A stretch of DNA of 50,491 bases, filler included, from Streblomastix strix (Eukaryota): assembly GCA_008636045.1 (NCBI GenBank). It is 3 parts of 3 records of this genome, joined end to end, with 100 filler letters (N's around TTAATTAATTAA, not from the genome) between each part and the next. Parts side by side here need not be neighbours in the genome. Positions count along the whole stretch, not along the records: positions 33,731 to 50,491 come from SNRW01000771.1; 2 more parts are not named here. The stretch is one strand, 5' to 3'. The notes beneath the pieces were generated by a model. It did not search any database and was not told the origin of the DNA. It saw nothing but the letters and a program-made list of their open reading frames with translations. Below are positions 39,178 to 50,491 of the stretch, piece by piece. Each line of letters begins with the position of its first letter. Position 1 is the first letter of the stretch. The position numbers and the translations under genes are program-made.

Positions 39178-39766
39178 TTTTCGACCCTTTATACTTTACG
39201 CAGTAATTTCGTAGAGTTTTGTATATAAAATACGGTAGAAAGTTATATATTATTCATTTTATGTTATTATTGATTGTATAATAGGAAAACATATAAGAAT
39301 AATAAATCAGATGTTTTAAACGCATAAAAAAGATAAAACACAAATTTTAAGTACTTCCAGAAATTATTAATAACTGAATATATCTTTCTTTTTAATAAAT
39401 TATTATTTTAATATTAATAATATCAATTAAATTGTATTTTATCTAACGAAAAACAGAATATTCAGAATTTAAATTCACTTGAAATTCATAAATATATTTA
39501 AGCATCTATTAGTAAAATACTAATATTTTTAATGTTTTTTGGTAATGAATATAACTATAAATTCAATTTGATAATTTCAACTTTGATTATATACACACCG
39601 TTCTTTTACAGCTATGAGAATTCCTGATTTTTTATCCTTATTTTTTTTCAGAATTTTTACGGTGCGTTGTTGTGAAGAAAGAAATAAAAATTAATCGTTC
39701 ATTGGTTTGCAATTTCTTGACTTTTTGCTCATTTAATTTAATATTTTAAAACAGAGGAGGAGTTTA

Positions 39767-41499
39767 ATGCTCTTTGTACAAATTTTGATAGCATTCTTCG
39801 TACAATCTATTATATCCTTCTTCGTCCCGCACTTAGACAGCGAGATGATTGAATTCTCATCTCCGTTGCATTCATCTGCGCGTGCTCGTGAGGGTTCCTT
39901 CCTTGTAAAGAGTGGAATCAACCCATATGAAAGATCCTATATCAGAATGAACCCTTCAATTATTCTACTGTTCTAAATCCTTCCTGTTGGTGGGGATGCT
40001 GATTTCTTAATTGGATTCTTCTTCTCAATACTCTCGTACTTCATTTTCACCTTTATAACCAAACATATATTCTCATCAATTAAAAGAAAGACAGCAAATA
40101 CTAAACTGAGTATATTATAAGAGTTGATGCAACGTCATGGAGCAAAGATCGCAAATCTCGCTTATTTATTTAATCCATATACTATTGTATCAAGTGCAAC
40201 AAAATGTACTTACTTTATAAATTCAACAGTTATATTCTCATCAATATTAGCTGCATTAAAAGGTTTGCATATTCAATAATTAATTAAATATATAATACAT
40301 TATTATTTCCTAACTTATTATATAAGGAAAAGAACTTCTTGCTTTAATTCTGAGTGGAATAGCAACATCCCTTGATCCGTATCTATTTATGCTATTTGCT
40401 CCCATTACTCTTACTGCCCATGTATATGCAAGAAGACACAAGAAGAGGGAATAGAATAAGAAGAATAATGTGAAGAATAAGAAGATTAAAGGAATAGTAA
40501 TTAATCTAGCCAGAGCAGCTATAATATCATATACATCATGTATCATATTCACATCAGCATCATTATTACTCATCAATTATACAATTCAGAATAATAGATA
40601 ATACAACTCAGAATATATTGATTAGAGTAATCCCAATGAACAATCATAATATAAGTAATAGTTTATAGATTCATATATATCCCTAGCATTATCATACATA
40701 CATTCCATGTTATATGGTATTGGTGCAGATGTAAGACCTTCTCCTTCTCATTTGTGGTACTTAAGATCTCTCCAGAGTCAGAAAGCAGCTGATTCTCCTT
40801 CAGCTGATGGAAGGAAGTCTTTATCTTTGGATGTTGAGAAGTTGAGTGTAATAGTGAATGGATCAATTAATCAATAGAACATATAATCACTAAGACCTTC
40901 ATTCTAAATATCTTCTCTATTCACTGGGAATCTACTCACTAGAATTGCCTGTTACTATGTCCCTCTATCACTAATGATACCTCTATTAATTAAATACTAT
41001 ACAAGACCCATATGCTTCATATATACGTATCTTAATATAATTGAGTTCTTCTCTCCTTCTGCAACATACTCCGATTATAGTATTATTATTGCTTTGTTCT
41101 TTGCATTGACTGGAGCTGGTATTGCTGAAGGAAAAGAAAAGGAAGAAGTTAGATTGGATGAAGATGACAATGAGAAACAATAAAAATTGAATAAGAAATA
41201 CACCAAACATTCAAATATTTATCGATCTTCTACTCCACGATATGCTCTTTATTCTCCATACAGTTACATATTTGTTACTATTCTGTTCTTTATTATACTA
41301 TTCATTCTTATGATGCACACATTCTCATTTCGAATAATGGTACTCGACTTCAATATGGGCAACGTGAATATAGAATTCTTGCTTCATAACACAGTTGTTG
41401 CATTTGTGAGGTAATTATTCTTATTATTGTAAGTTCATTACACCTATTTTTATATTTTCTAGAATTTTAGTCATGGGAATAGTTACTTCATCAACATGA
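39767..41499 (+). CDS. PIGU: GPI transamidase subunit PIG-U / Gab1; introns ~40263-40326 and 41411-41462
   Basis: EFSSPLHSSARAREGSFLVKSGINPYERSYIRMNPSIILL, YLFNPYTIVSSATK, DVRPSPSHLWYL, FFSPSATYSD and MGNVNIEF correspond to PIG-U motifs; multiple hydrophobic segments. First in-frame TGA in the last exon at 41497. Confidence 0.82.
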
Positions 41500-41652
41500 G
41501 CTATTAGATATGTAGGAAGTAGCTCATACAGTTCGCATCGAGGGCAGATTAGGTTCATTTCACCATTTTCCACATTTTATATATTTTTTTTAATAAATAA
41601 AAACCTAAATTTGAAATTAATAATCAAACAATAGTTTATTACTGTAGACTAA

Positions 41653-42574
<922 letters not shown>

Positions 42575-42967
42575 TCCCTGTTTGCAAAAAGGGGCAAATA
42601 ATCGGAAAATTAAAATTTAGTAATAATGTCAAAATATCTGTGTATTGGAAATTTATATTGCATAATATTTTTGAAATATGAATAAATATTCATCATTTAT
42701 ATGACATAATATAAAAATAATGTTGTTTTTGCTTGTGTTTTCTTGGGAAAATGGTAATTTTATTTGTAGCTCGAATGATAGGTTGTTAAAACAAAAGATT
42801 GGGATAAAAGTGTGAAAAATATACTTCTTATTTGTAAATAGTTTCCATCTTGTTAAATAAGATTTAATCAAACTACTGATGGTCCGAATAATACAAGCTT
42901 AAAATTTCAAATATGAACTTTAAAAAAAATTGTTATGTTTATGATTTTGATAAATTTTTATTATTTT

Positions 42968-43431
42968 AATGTTTTAACTATTTCTATAGACCAATAAACT
43001 TTCATTATTTTCAACAATTATGTATTGCGAAGATAGTTGTATTTAGAATTTTGTTAACCGCGTATTTCTGTTGTTTTTCAATAGTATAGTTTGAATGATA
43101 AATATTCTGTGATTATGAATGCTATTGATATAAATTGAATGAACACAACACACTTTCAATTTCAAATGACCGATTAATCTTATAATATAAAAACTACGAT
43201 TTTCTATACTTTCTTAATATTAAAACATAATAATTATTATGTTTTCTTCAACTATCTCCACACTTACACCCATTAATAATTGCTATTATGAAATATATTT
43301 TTTCCGTACTCCAGCACATCTGACAGAAACATTTCTTCAAAGAAACATACATTACATCATAATTTCTTTACAATATTCACTTTTTTATTTTTAAATGCAA
43401 TCAATCGAATAATATTCATACAAATTATATT
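42968..43431 (+). repeat. ~465-bp direct repeat, copy 1
   Basis: Collinear with 45036-45503 (shared blocks TTAGAATTTTGTTAACCGCGTATTTCT, TACTCCAGCACATCTGA, CAATCGAATAATATTCATACAAATTATATT) with scattered substitutions. Confidence 0.92.
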
Positions 43432-43492
43432 AAAATAAAGTTAATTAACAATATATATATTTCAGATCATAGAACTATATAAAAATCAAAAT

Positions 43493-45019
43493 ATGAGAAA
43501 CTCTTAAATATCATCAACAAAAATCGCTAAAGTATTGAGTACTGGTTCTTAAGATTAATAACCCTAATAAAGTGCTATAAGAATTAACTTTGATGATGAA
43601 TAAAATAAAGATGAGCTCTTTGATATGATCAGAACTGATAATAGTGTTACAATCACTCGACCAGATCCCCCTATGAAAAGGGAGTAAGCTCTTCCAGTTC
43701 AGAGGTTTCTTGTAAAAAATGCTCTTATTCCTTGTATGGTTCATGATTATACGGATTAATTCATATAAATACGTAACGAATAACATCAATAAATGAATTA
43801 ATAATTAAAATAAGCTGACAATCTACACAAAAAAATGTAAGAAGTATGTTATTATATTTAACTTATATTATTTTTAAATTTTATAAATATATTATTTGTT
43901 TGTGGGAATATAGTATATTCAATCTAAAGTGCCAGATATTTCTGGGGATATTTGTATTGAATGTAAGTTTGACATTTTATTTTTTTGATGTTTATTTTAT
44001 ATTTATATTAATATCAAATTAATCAGAGAGAAATTTGGTCTTCTAAACAGGAAAAACATTTGCGCATCGTGTAGGAAACCATTTTGTAAGAAATGCAAGA
44101 ATAAGATGGATGATAATATAAGTGAAGAGATGTTATTTAACGAAGATCTTATTCATTGGTCAAAGATTGATAATCTTCCTTGGGTATGTAATAGATGTGC
44201 ATTTATTATGTCATTAAATGATGCTGTTAAACATATTGAGACATTGAAGAAAAGTAGTGTGGTATAATTTTACTTTATTTGATTATCTTATCATATCTTA
44301 TAAACTTTGTAGGAAAACCAATAAATATTGTCGAAAATACTTGGAAACATCTCCTTGACAGTGAGAATACAATTAATAAGGCAATTAATGTATATAATGA
44401 AAAGAAAGACTAATTAAGTAAGTAACCAAATATAAAGAAGGATGTTAATATAGAAAGAAGAATATCACCTTCTTCATCCAGTTAATAATATGATACAATC
44501 AGATATAATCCATATGATGAATAAGGATCATTAATATCTAATATAAATATATTTACTAATGCTGATTCAATATCTGAATTAGATGTGACTCAATTGAATA
44601 TATAGAGCCAGAAATGGGAATAATAAATAAGTGATGATGTTGAAGATGAAGAAATAATTACTTAGCAAAAACAGTAATCAAAACCATAACCTAAGAAATA
44701 ATAACCACTTAAAACTCCATCTCCTCCATCATTGAACTCTTAATCACCAACTTCTGATGTACTCAATTTATAACCTGAAGTTAAGAGACAGTTAATTCCA
44801 TTTTGTAAGGAATCTAGATAAGCTCTTGTTTAACATCTTCGGTTGATCTCAGCAGTTAGATAAAGTAATAACGCGCCATCTACACCAAAAGAACCATCTA
44901 GGAAAGAATAGTTGAGTGAACGTGATTTCTTTATGTTAGAGCATACCGTTAATGTGTTTGAAGCCCGAATTGTTCCATTATAAGCAAAAATATCTTAGAT
45001 TGAAAGTGAACTCTCATGA
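43493..45019 (+). CDS. FYVE-type zinc finger protein, Rabenosyn-5/Vac1(Pep7)-like, 4 exons
   Basis: Spliced: VHDYTDQFIQIRNEQ...|YIQSKVPDISGDICIECK|EKFGLLNRKNICASCRKPFCKKC...WVCNRC...KKS|RKPINIVENTWKHLLDSENTI. Eight Cys in FYVE spacing; the pre-FYVE DxTxxFxxIR resembles Vac1/Rabenosyn. TGA at 45017-45019. Subfamily call is tentative. Confidence 0.7.
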
Positions 45020-45035
45020 ATAAATAATATATTAA

Positions 45036-45503
45036 AATGTTTTAACTATTTTTATAAACTAATAAACTTTCATTATTTTCAACAATTGTGCATTGCGAAG
45101 TTAGATGAATTTAGAATTTTGTTAACCGCGTATTTCTATCGTTTTAAAATAGTATAGTTTCAATAATAAATATTCTGTGATTATGAATGATATTTATATA
45201 AAATGAATGAATTCAGTACACTTTCAATTTCAAATGATCAAGTATTTTTTATAACATAAAAACTACGTTTTTCTATACATTCTTAATATTAAAACATAAT
45301 AATTATTATGTTTTCTTCAACTATATCCATACTTACAACCATAAATAATATTTATTATGAAATATATTTTCCCCATACTCCAGCACATCTGATAGAAATT
45401 ATTATTCAAAGAAACATACATTACATCATAATTACTTTACAATTTTCACTTTTTTTTTATTTTTAAATGTAATCAATCGAATAATATTCATACAAATTAT
45501 ATT
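45036..45503 (+). repeat. ~465-bp direct repeat, copy 2
   Basis: Collinear with 42968-43431; begins 17 nt after the FYVE gene stop. Confidence 0.92.
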
Positions 45504-45668
45504 GATATAAAATAAAATTAAAACATAAAATAACATCTTTTACCATCAAAAAGTGCATTTATTCAATTATCAAACTTGGCCTCATTCGTTTATAATATAG
45601 TTAGAACATTTTCTTTATACAATATTATTTAATTTAATTTTTACTCGTTTTTTATTGCTTTCAGTATA

Positions 45669-48600
45669 ATGGATGATGCTACTATCTTCCTGATCCATAT
45701 TCTTGACAAAAATATTTCTTACAAACGCCTGAATCAAATTTGCAATGACATCAATTTATATGCAATGCTTTTATTCCGAAGACATATCTGGTCACTAGAT
45801 GGAATAAAATTGCATTTATTTTCTGAAACAGGAATATTTCAATAGACTGATTATTCATCTCATAATGATTAATTTCCTAGTCTATTTGGATGTCTGAGAT
45901 TTGGAGACAATATTGAAGATGAATGGATTGTAGTTACATTCCTTCTTCATCTCACATCTCATTTCAGATGCTTAGCTGCAGAGATTAGGGATAATGATGG
46001 GTAATTCCTCCTCATTGAATGTGCAGACTTTATTCCTATTTGGATTAAACCTGATACTTCTCAGAATAGAATATTCATATATAGAGGGGAAGTTCATATA
46101 ATACCTCATCCTAAGACACCTTCTGAGATTCCACTAATTCCAATTAATCCAACAAAGCAACAATCATTGTAGATATTGAAACTTGGATATGTTGATACTC
46201 ATGCTTCACAATAAGCTTAGTTGTAGATCATAAAGAGAATTAAGCCTTATTTGAAATATTAAGAAAATGAGAAGAAAATAATTCTTCCAATTTAGTAATT
46301 ATCCCTTCAATTATCATTGCCTCAATCTTTGTATCATACATCTATAGTATCATTACCAATTTCAATTGCAAAGGTTCTTTATTTATTTCCACAGTTCATA
46401 TCTCATATAATAAGTACATTATTAGATTTTCACTAATAATTTAATAATCTTAATATTCTTAATAGTGAATAATTTATAGGAAAGGAGAATATGAATAATC
46501 ATAATTACAATCGTATCATAGTTAGATTAGGGCATGATTCATGCCCATTTGCTCATTCACCACGTGTTCTTTGCAACATCCGAATTCCGAGGTTTTACTT
46601 CGCATAATTAAACTTCCTTGAATTGAAACCACCAAAAGGATGGATTATGCCTCAGAAAGATAATAAGACTATTATATTTAATAAATAGAATAATAATAGT
46701 ATTTCATTTCCTATAATAAATCATGCATCAGAGATTGGACTTAAAATAACTGAAGGAGTTGAAATACTCAGGTTAATGAAAGAGAAAAAGAAACAGATAC
46801 AAAATGAGAAGAAATAAATAACAAAGAAATAAATGAATAATGATGATGAATAAGATGAATTTAATATAAAGTAAAGAACAGAATAAGACAAAGAAGATGA
46901 AGATATGTACTTTAATTGGTTAAATAAATATGGAAATCCTGAATAAGAAAATTTAACTGAATAAATATTATCTAAACTCGATAATTTCATTTAAGAAGAG
47001 AAATTAATCATTGAATAGAATAACATACTAATAAAAGATTACTTAAATGTTGAATAATAAGAAAAAGAATAAATATAAACAGAAAATAATGAATAAGAAA
47101 GAATTATATATCTTTCATCACCTATCCATCCATAACATTAATTATTTAATATACTTTGGCCAGATGAGACTAATTAACAATTAGAATAATAAAGTGAATA
47201 ATAAAATAGCAATTAATTAATAAAGAAAAAGAACAGTGTTAATAATATACAATAAATTAATGAGAATAAAGAAATGATTAAATCAAAGACTGAAAAAGTA
47301 AATAATAATAAGAATACATCAAATGTTAAATTAGAGGAAACAACATCAGATGAAATTAAAGAATAAGAAGATGATGATGAAGAAGAAGAAGATTTAATCA
47401 CTGATGTATTTGCTTTTGATGTGAAATAGCACCACAAAGACATTATAGAAGTAGATTAAGAAGATAAATATGATATTAATGAAGATTAATTATAGAAGAA
47501 GGACAGTAGTGAATTAAATATAAGTGAATATGAAGATAATGATATAATAAGAGATGATTATATTAATAATATTTAGAATCCATATTCTATATTATCTTCC
47601 TTATCAGATGAATATAATGAATAGGATCAATAATAAGCACCTTAATTAATTAATAATGAAAATAGTAATATTACTACTTAATTATAAACATCTACATTTG
47701 ATCTTCCATTTAATTCATTTATTCAATATAAACTGTCTAGACCTTCAGTTCTCTATGACAATTAGAGTGAATAATGGCTCTATATTAATGAAGATGATGT
47801 TGATAAAGAGATTTAATAGAGTGGAATGCTTGGTGTAGATACAAATAAGAGAATAATGAATAATGAGGATAAATAAGATAAATAATAAAAGATAGATATA
47901 GATGAAGATTAAGAAATGGTGGATATCAGTAAGAAGATTATAAATAAAACTCAGAAATATATTGATTCTAAATCATCAGTATTTGGAGTTGAAGATCCAA
48001 AGGAAACATCCAATAAATAAGAAAAGAAGGAAAAAATAAAGAAAATTGAATCTTAACAATAAGAATCAATAAAAATGGGAATTGCATCAACATTGAGTTA
48101 GAAAGAGAAAGATGAAGTTAGAAGATGGCTTCAATCTGATGATGATTAAGAAAATGGAGGATCAATTAATAATGGAAACAATAAGGATGAGAAATAAAGA
48201 GAAAAGAATAAAGACAGAATTCTGAATAAAGATTAAATACAGAATCTCCTTATTTCGTTCTTTGATGAAGATGAAGGATTTGAGAATTGGATGAAGTAGA
48301 GTGTAGAGAATGAGAAAGGCAAATAAAATAATATTATTGAAGGACTTGACTAATTAGATGAAGAATAAGAAGATGAAGTAGATGAAGATGAAGATGATGA
48401 AGATGAAGATGAAGATGACGATTCTTAGAACGAGGATGAAGATGAAGAATTGGAAGCAATGATGTAAGTTATGCAAGGAGAGTTGTAGAATAATCCTTCT
48501 TATTCTGCTGGATTTGAGACAGATGTTGTTAGTGATGATGATTATGAAGAATAAGAAGATATTAAATTGGATAAATAAAAATCCAAATAAAATAAAACAA

Positions 48601-48752
48601 AGAATCAGATTAATGCAGAAGCCAATCTTATTAGTGGATTCATGAGTTCAATAGAATCACAAGGTGCTGCACCAGGTCCAACTAATGTAATATTGGGTTA
48701 ACTTACTGATGAAGCATTAAAGATTAGAAGGAAAGCAAAGAAGAAGAAATGA
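45669..48752 (+). CDS. ECD: Ecdysoneless (ECD/SGT1-family) homolog, intronless, 1027 aa
   Basis: LRFGDNIEDEWIVVTFLLHLT...[76 protein letters not shown]; C-terminal NLISGFMSSIESQGAAPGPTNVILGQL. Single open frame to TGA 48750-48752. Confidence 0.93.
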
Positions 48753-48997
48753 ATACAAAAAGCAAAAATATAAAAGAATTAATAAAAATATTGTTATTGG
48801 TAAAAATATTGTATTTAAAGTTTTTTTTATTTATTTGTTGTAAATCACGCTCTAGTGTAGTGGGATTGCATAGAAATGGATTAAGAAGCAAAATACATAA
48901 AGTTAACAGTGAGAGGAATCAGAATTAACAAACGATTACAGCTCAATAATGAAGTTTCCCCTTAAAACTCGTTCTAATTCTAGAATTAAACAATTAA

Positions 48998-50002
48998 TCA
49001 CGTTTTCTTCTTTTTAAGCTCAGCTGCGAGCCACTCAAGACCATGGAGCAATCCATCACCAGTCAATGCACAACACGGTTATACATACCTACAGATAAAA
49101 TAATATATAAATAAAAAATTATATATTTATTAAATTAAATAATATATGTTCGCACCATGATCTATCGTGGCACATCCTATCTAATTCAAGTCTCTCACGC
49201 AATTCTGTTGCATTAAGAGCTCCTATAAATATTTAGATAATTGCATTTAAGCAAAATAAATAAATAATAGTTAAACCTGAAAGATCTTGTTTGTTAGCAT
49301 AGGCTAGAAGAATAGCACCACTGTTATTAGGAAAGAAAAAATTATGCCAATAGTTAAAATATTATTATAAAGTTTAAATATACCGTAATTCGTCACGCTA
49401 CAATAGATAGTGCAATTCTTCTTTTGCACAATCACCGCATTCTAGATTGGCGCATGCCACACGCGACTGGTCAGCGCTGTCTACAACATAGATAACAGCA
49501 TCTGTATTTTGATAGTAGTGATGCCACAAATGTCGAATCTATGAACGATTGTTCGTGTGAGCGCAGCAAAAAACAAAAAAGAAAAAGTTCATTCAATATT
49601 AAGCCAAAGCATCAAATTATCCCGGTAAATATAAAAAATACATACCTTCTTTTATCCACCAACATCCCAAACAACAAATTTCACATTCTTGACCTGAACT
49701 TCTTCCATATTGAATCCTAAACGAAAAATAAAATAAAAATGACTGTTTGGCCCGAATTAAAACATTAATATACCTATGGTTGGTATAGTGTGAATGTTTT
49801 CATTCAATTTCAGTTTATATAGAATTGAAGTTTTTCCAGCAGCTGTGAAAAATAGAAAAAATCAATAGAAAATAAAAAAATCAATTTTCTTCGTTAGTGA
49901 TCATGAAAATAATTTATTCATTATACCGTCGAGACCTACCATAACAATTCGGTATTCTTTACTACCGAAAAGAGCCTTAATCTTATCTAGGATATTTCCC
50001 AT
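48998..50002 (-). CDS. ADP-ribosylation factor (Arf/Arl) family small GTPase, 7 exons
   Basis: [95 protein letters not shown]...[10 protein letters not shown]...[31 protein letters not shown]-terminal Gly2 myristoylation site; six GT-AG introns. Confidence 0.96.
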
Positions 50003-50491
50003 GTTTTCCTCTATGGGGTTCAATGGAAAAAGAAAAAATATTTGTACTTTGATGAGTGAAAATATTTCTCATTATTTACATTGAATCTTAATTCTTAATA
50101 AGATAATATTATCAAAGCAGGATCAGAAATTTTTTTGACGTAATTAGTTATCATTTTCATTCATTAAAAAAAAACTTTATAATCTCCGAATTTTCGGCGA
50201 GATCACAAACGGCCGGCAATCGATTTTACCTATTTTTAATATATCATTAGATAGCTCTTGACTAGTATGTCACAGTTTACTATTATCGTATTTGATGAAA
50301 ATGCTTGGCCCAGAAAATGTTGCATGGGCATTTTTTGGATTTTAAGCATATTTTGATTTTTTAAGTATATATTTTAAATGTTTGTTTCTTGGTAGTTTTT
50401 GCTTATTATAGTTTAATTTTGCTTACATTGTGTTTATCATTAATAATTAGGGTTAGTGCTTACGTCGAATGAGCTTTGCGTGCCTTTTCGA

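Noticed and set aside
45669..50002. General reassignment of TGA to Trp (all three stops recoded)
   Set aside because: ECD, Arf, Yip1 and the SRRT exons translated use TGG for Trp and have no internal TGA, and TGA terminates genes at expected positions; only sporadic readthrough remains possible.
50186..50330. Short hairpin-capable motifs (CCGAATTTTCGG; GCCCA...TGGGC) upstream of the Arf gene
   Set aside because: Too short to support a tRNA or other ncRNA; no cloverleaf or box motifs seen.

Overview
AT-rich eukaryotic (protist) genomic DNA with short GT-AG spliceosomal introns and a non-standard nuclear code: TAA/TAG read as Gln and TGA as stop (table 6). For that reason the supplied standard-code ORF track is mostly antisense shadows and fragments. 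The code, the intron style and the expanded 'IGxAGG...EEQIExEG' helical-repeat family suggest the oxymonad Streblomastix strix or a relative (inference from recall, not searched). Two 100-nt N gaps with an artificial TTAATTAATTAA spacer split the window into three pieces. Contents in order: the 3' end of a U-box protein; a tandem cluster of lineage-specific ARM-like genes (1.6-15 kb), two of them fused to RRM domains and one also carrying two MLLE/PABC-like domains, both fused genes interrupted by a single in-frame TGA; a large low-complexity orphan gene; a decayed hAT transposase; a divergent cullin; C2, ARM and coiled-coil gene relics; a ~0.9 kb element with long terminal inverted repeats; then housekeeping genes SRRT/ARS2, PIG-U, Yip1, a Rabenosyn-like FYVE protein bracketed by ~465-bp direct repeats, ECD, and an Arf-family GTPase with a Cys-rich insertion. 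All translations and splice sites were read by hand.
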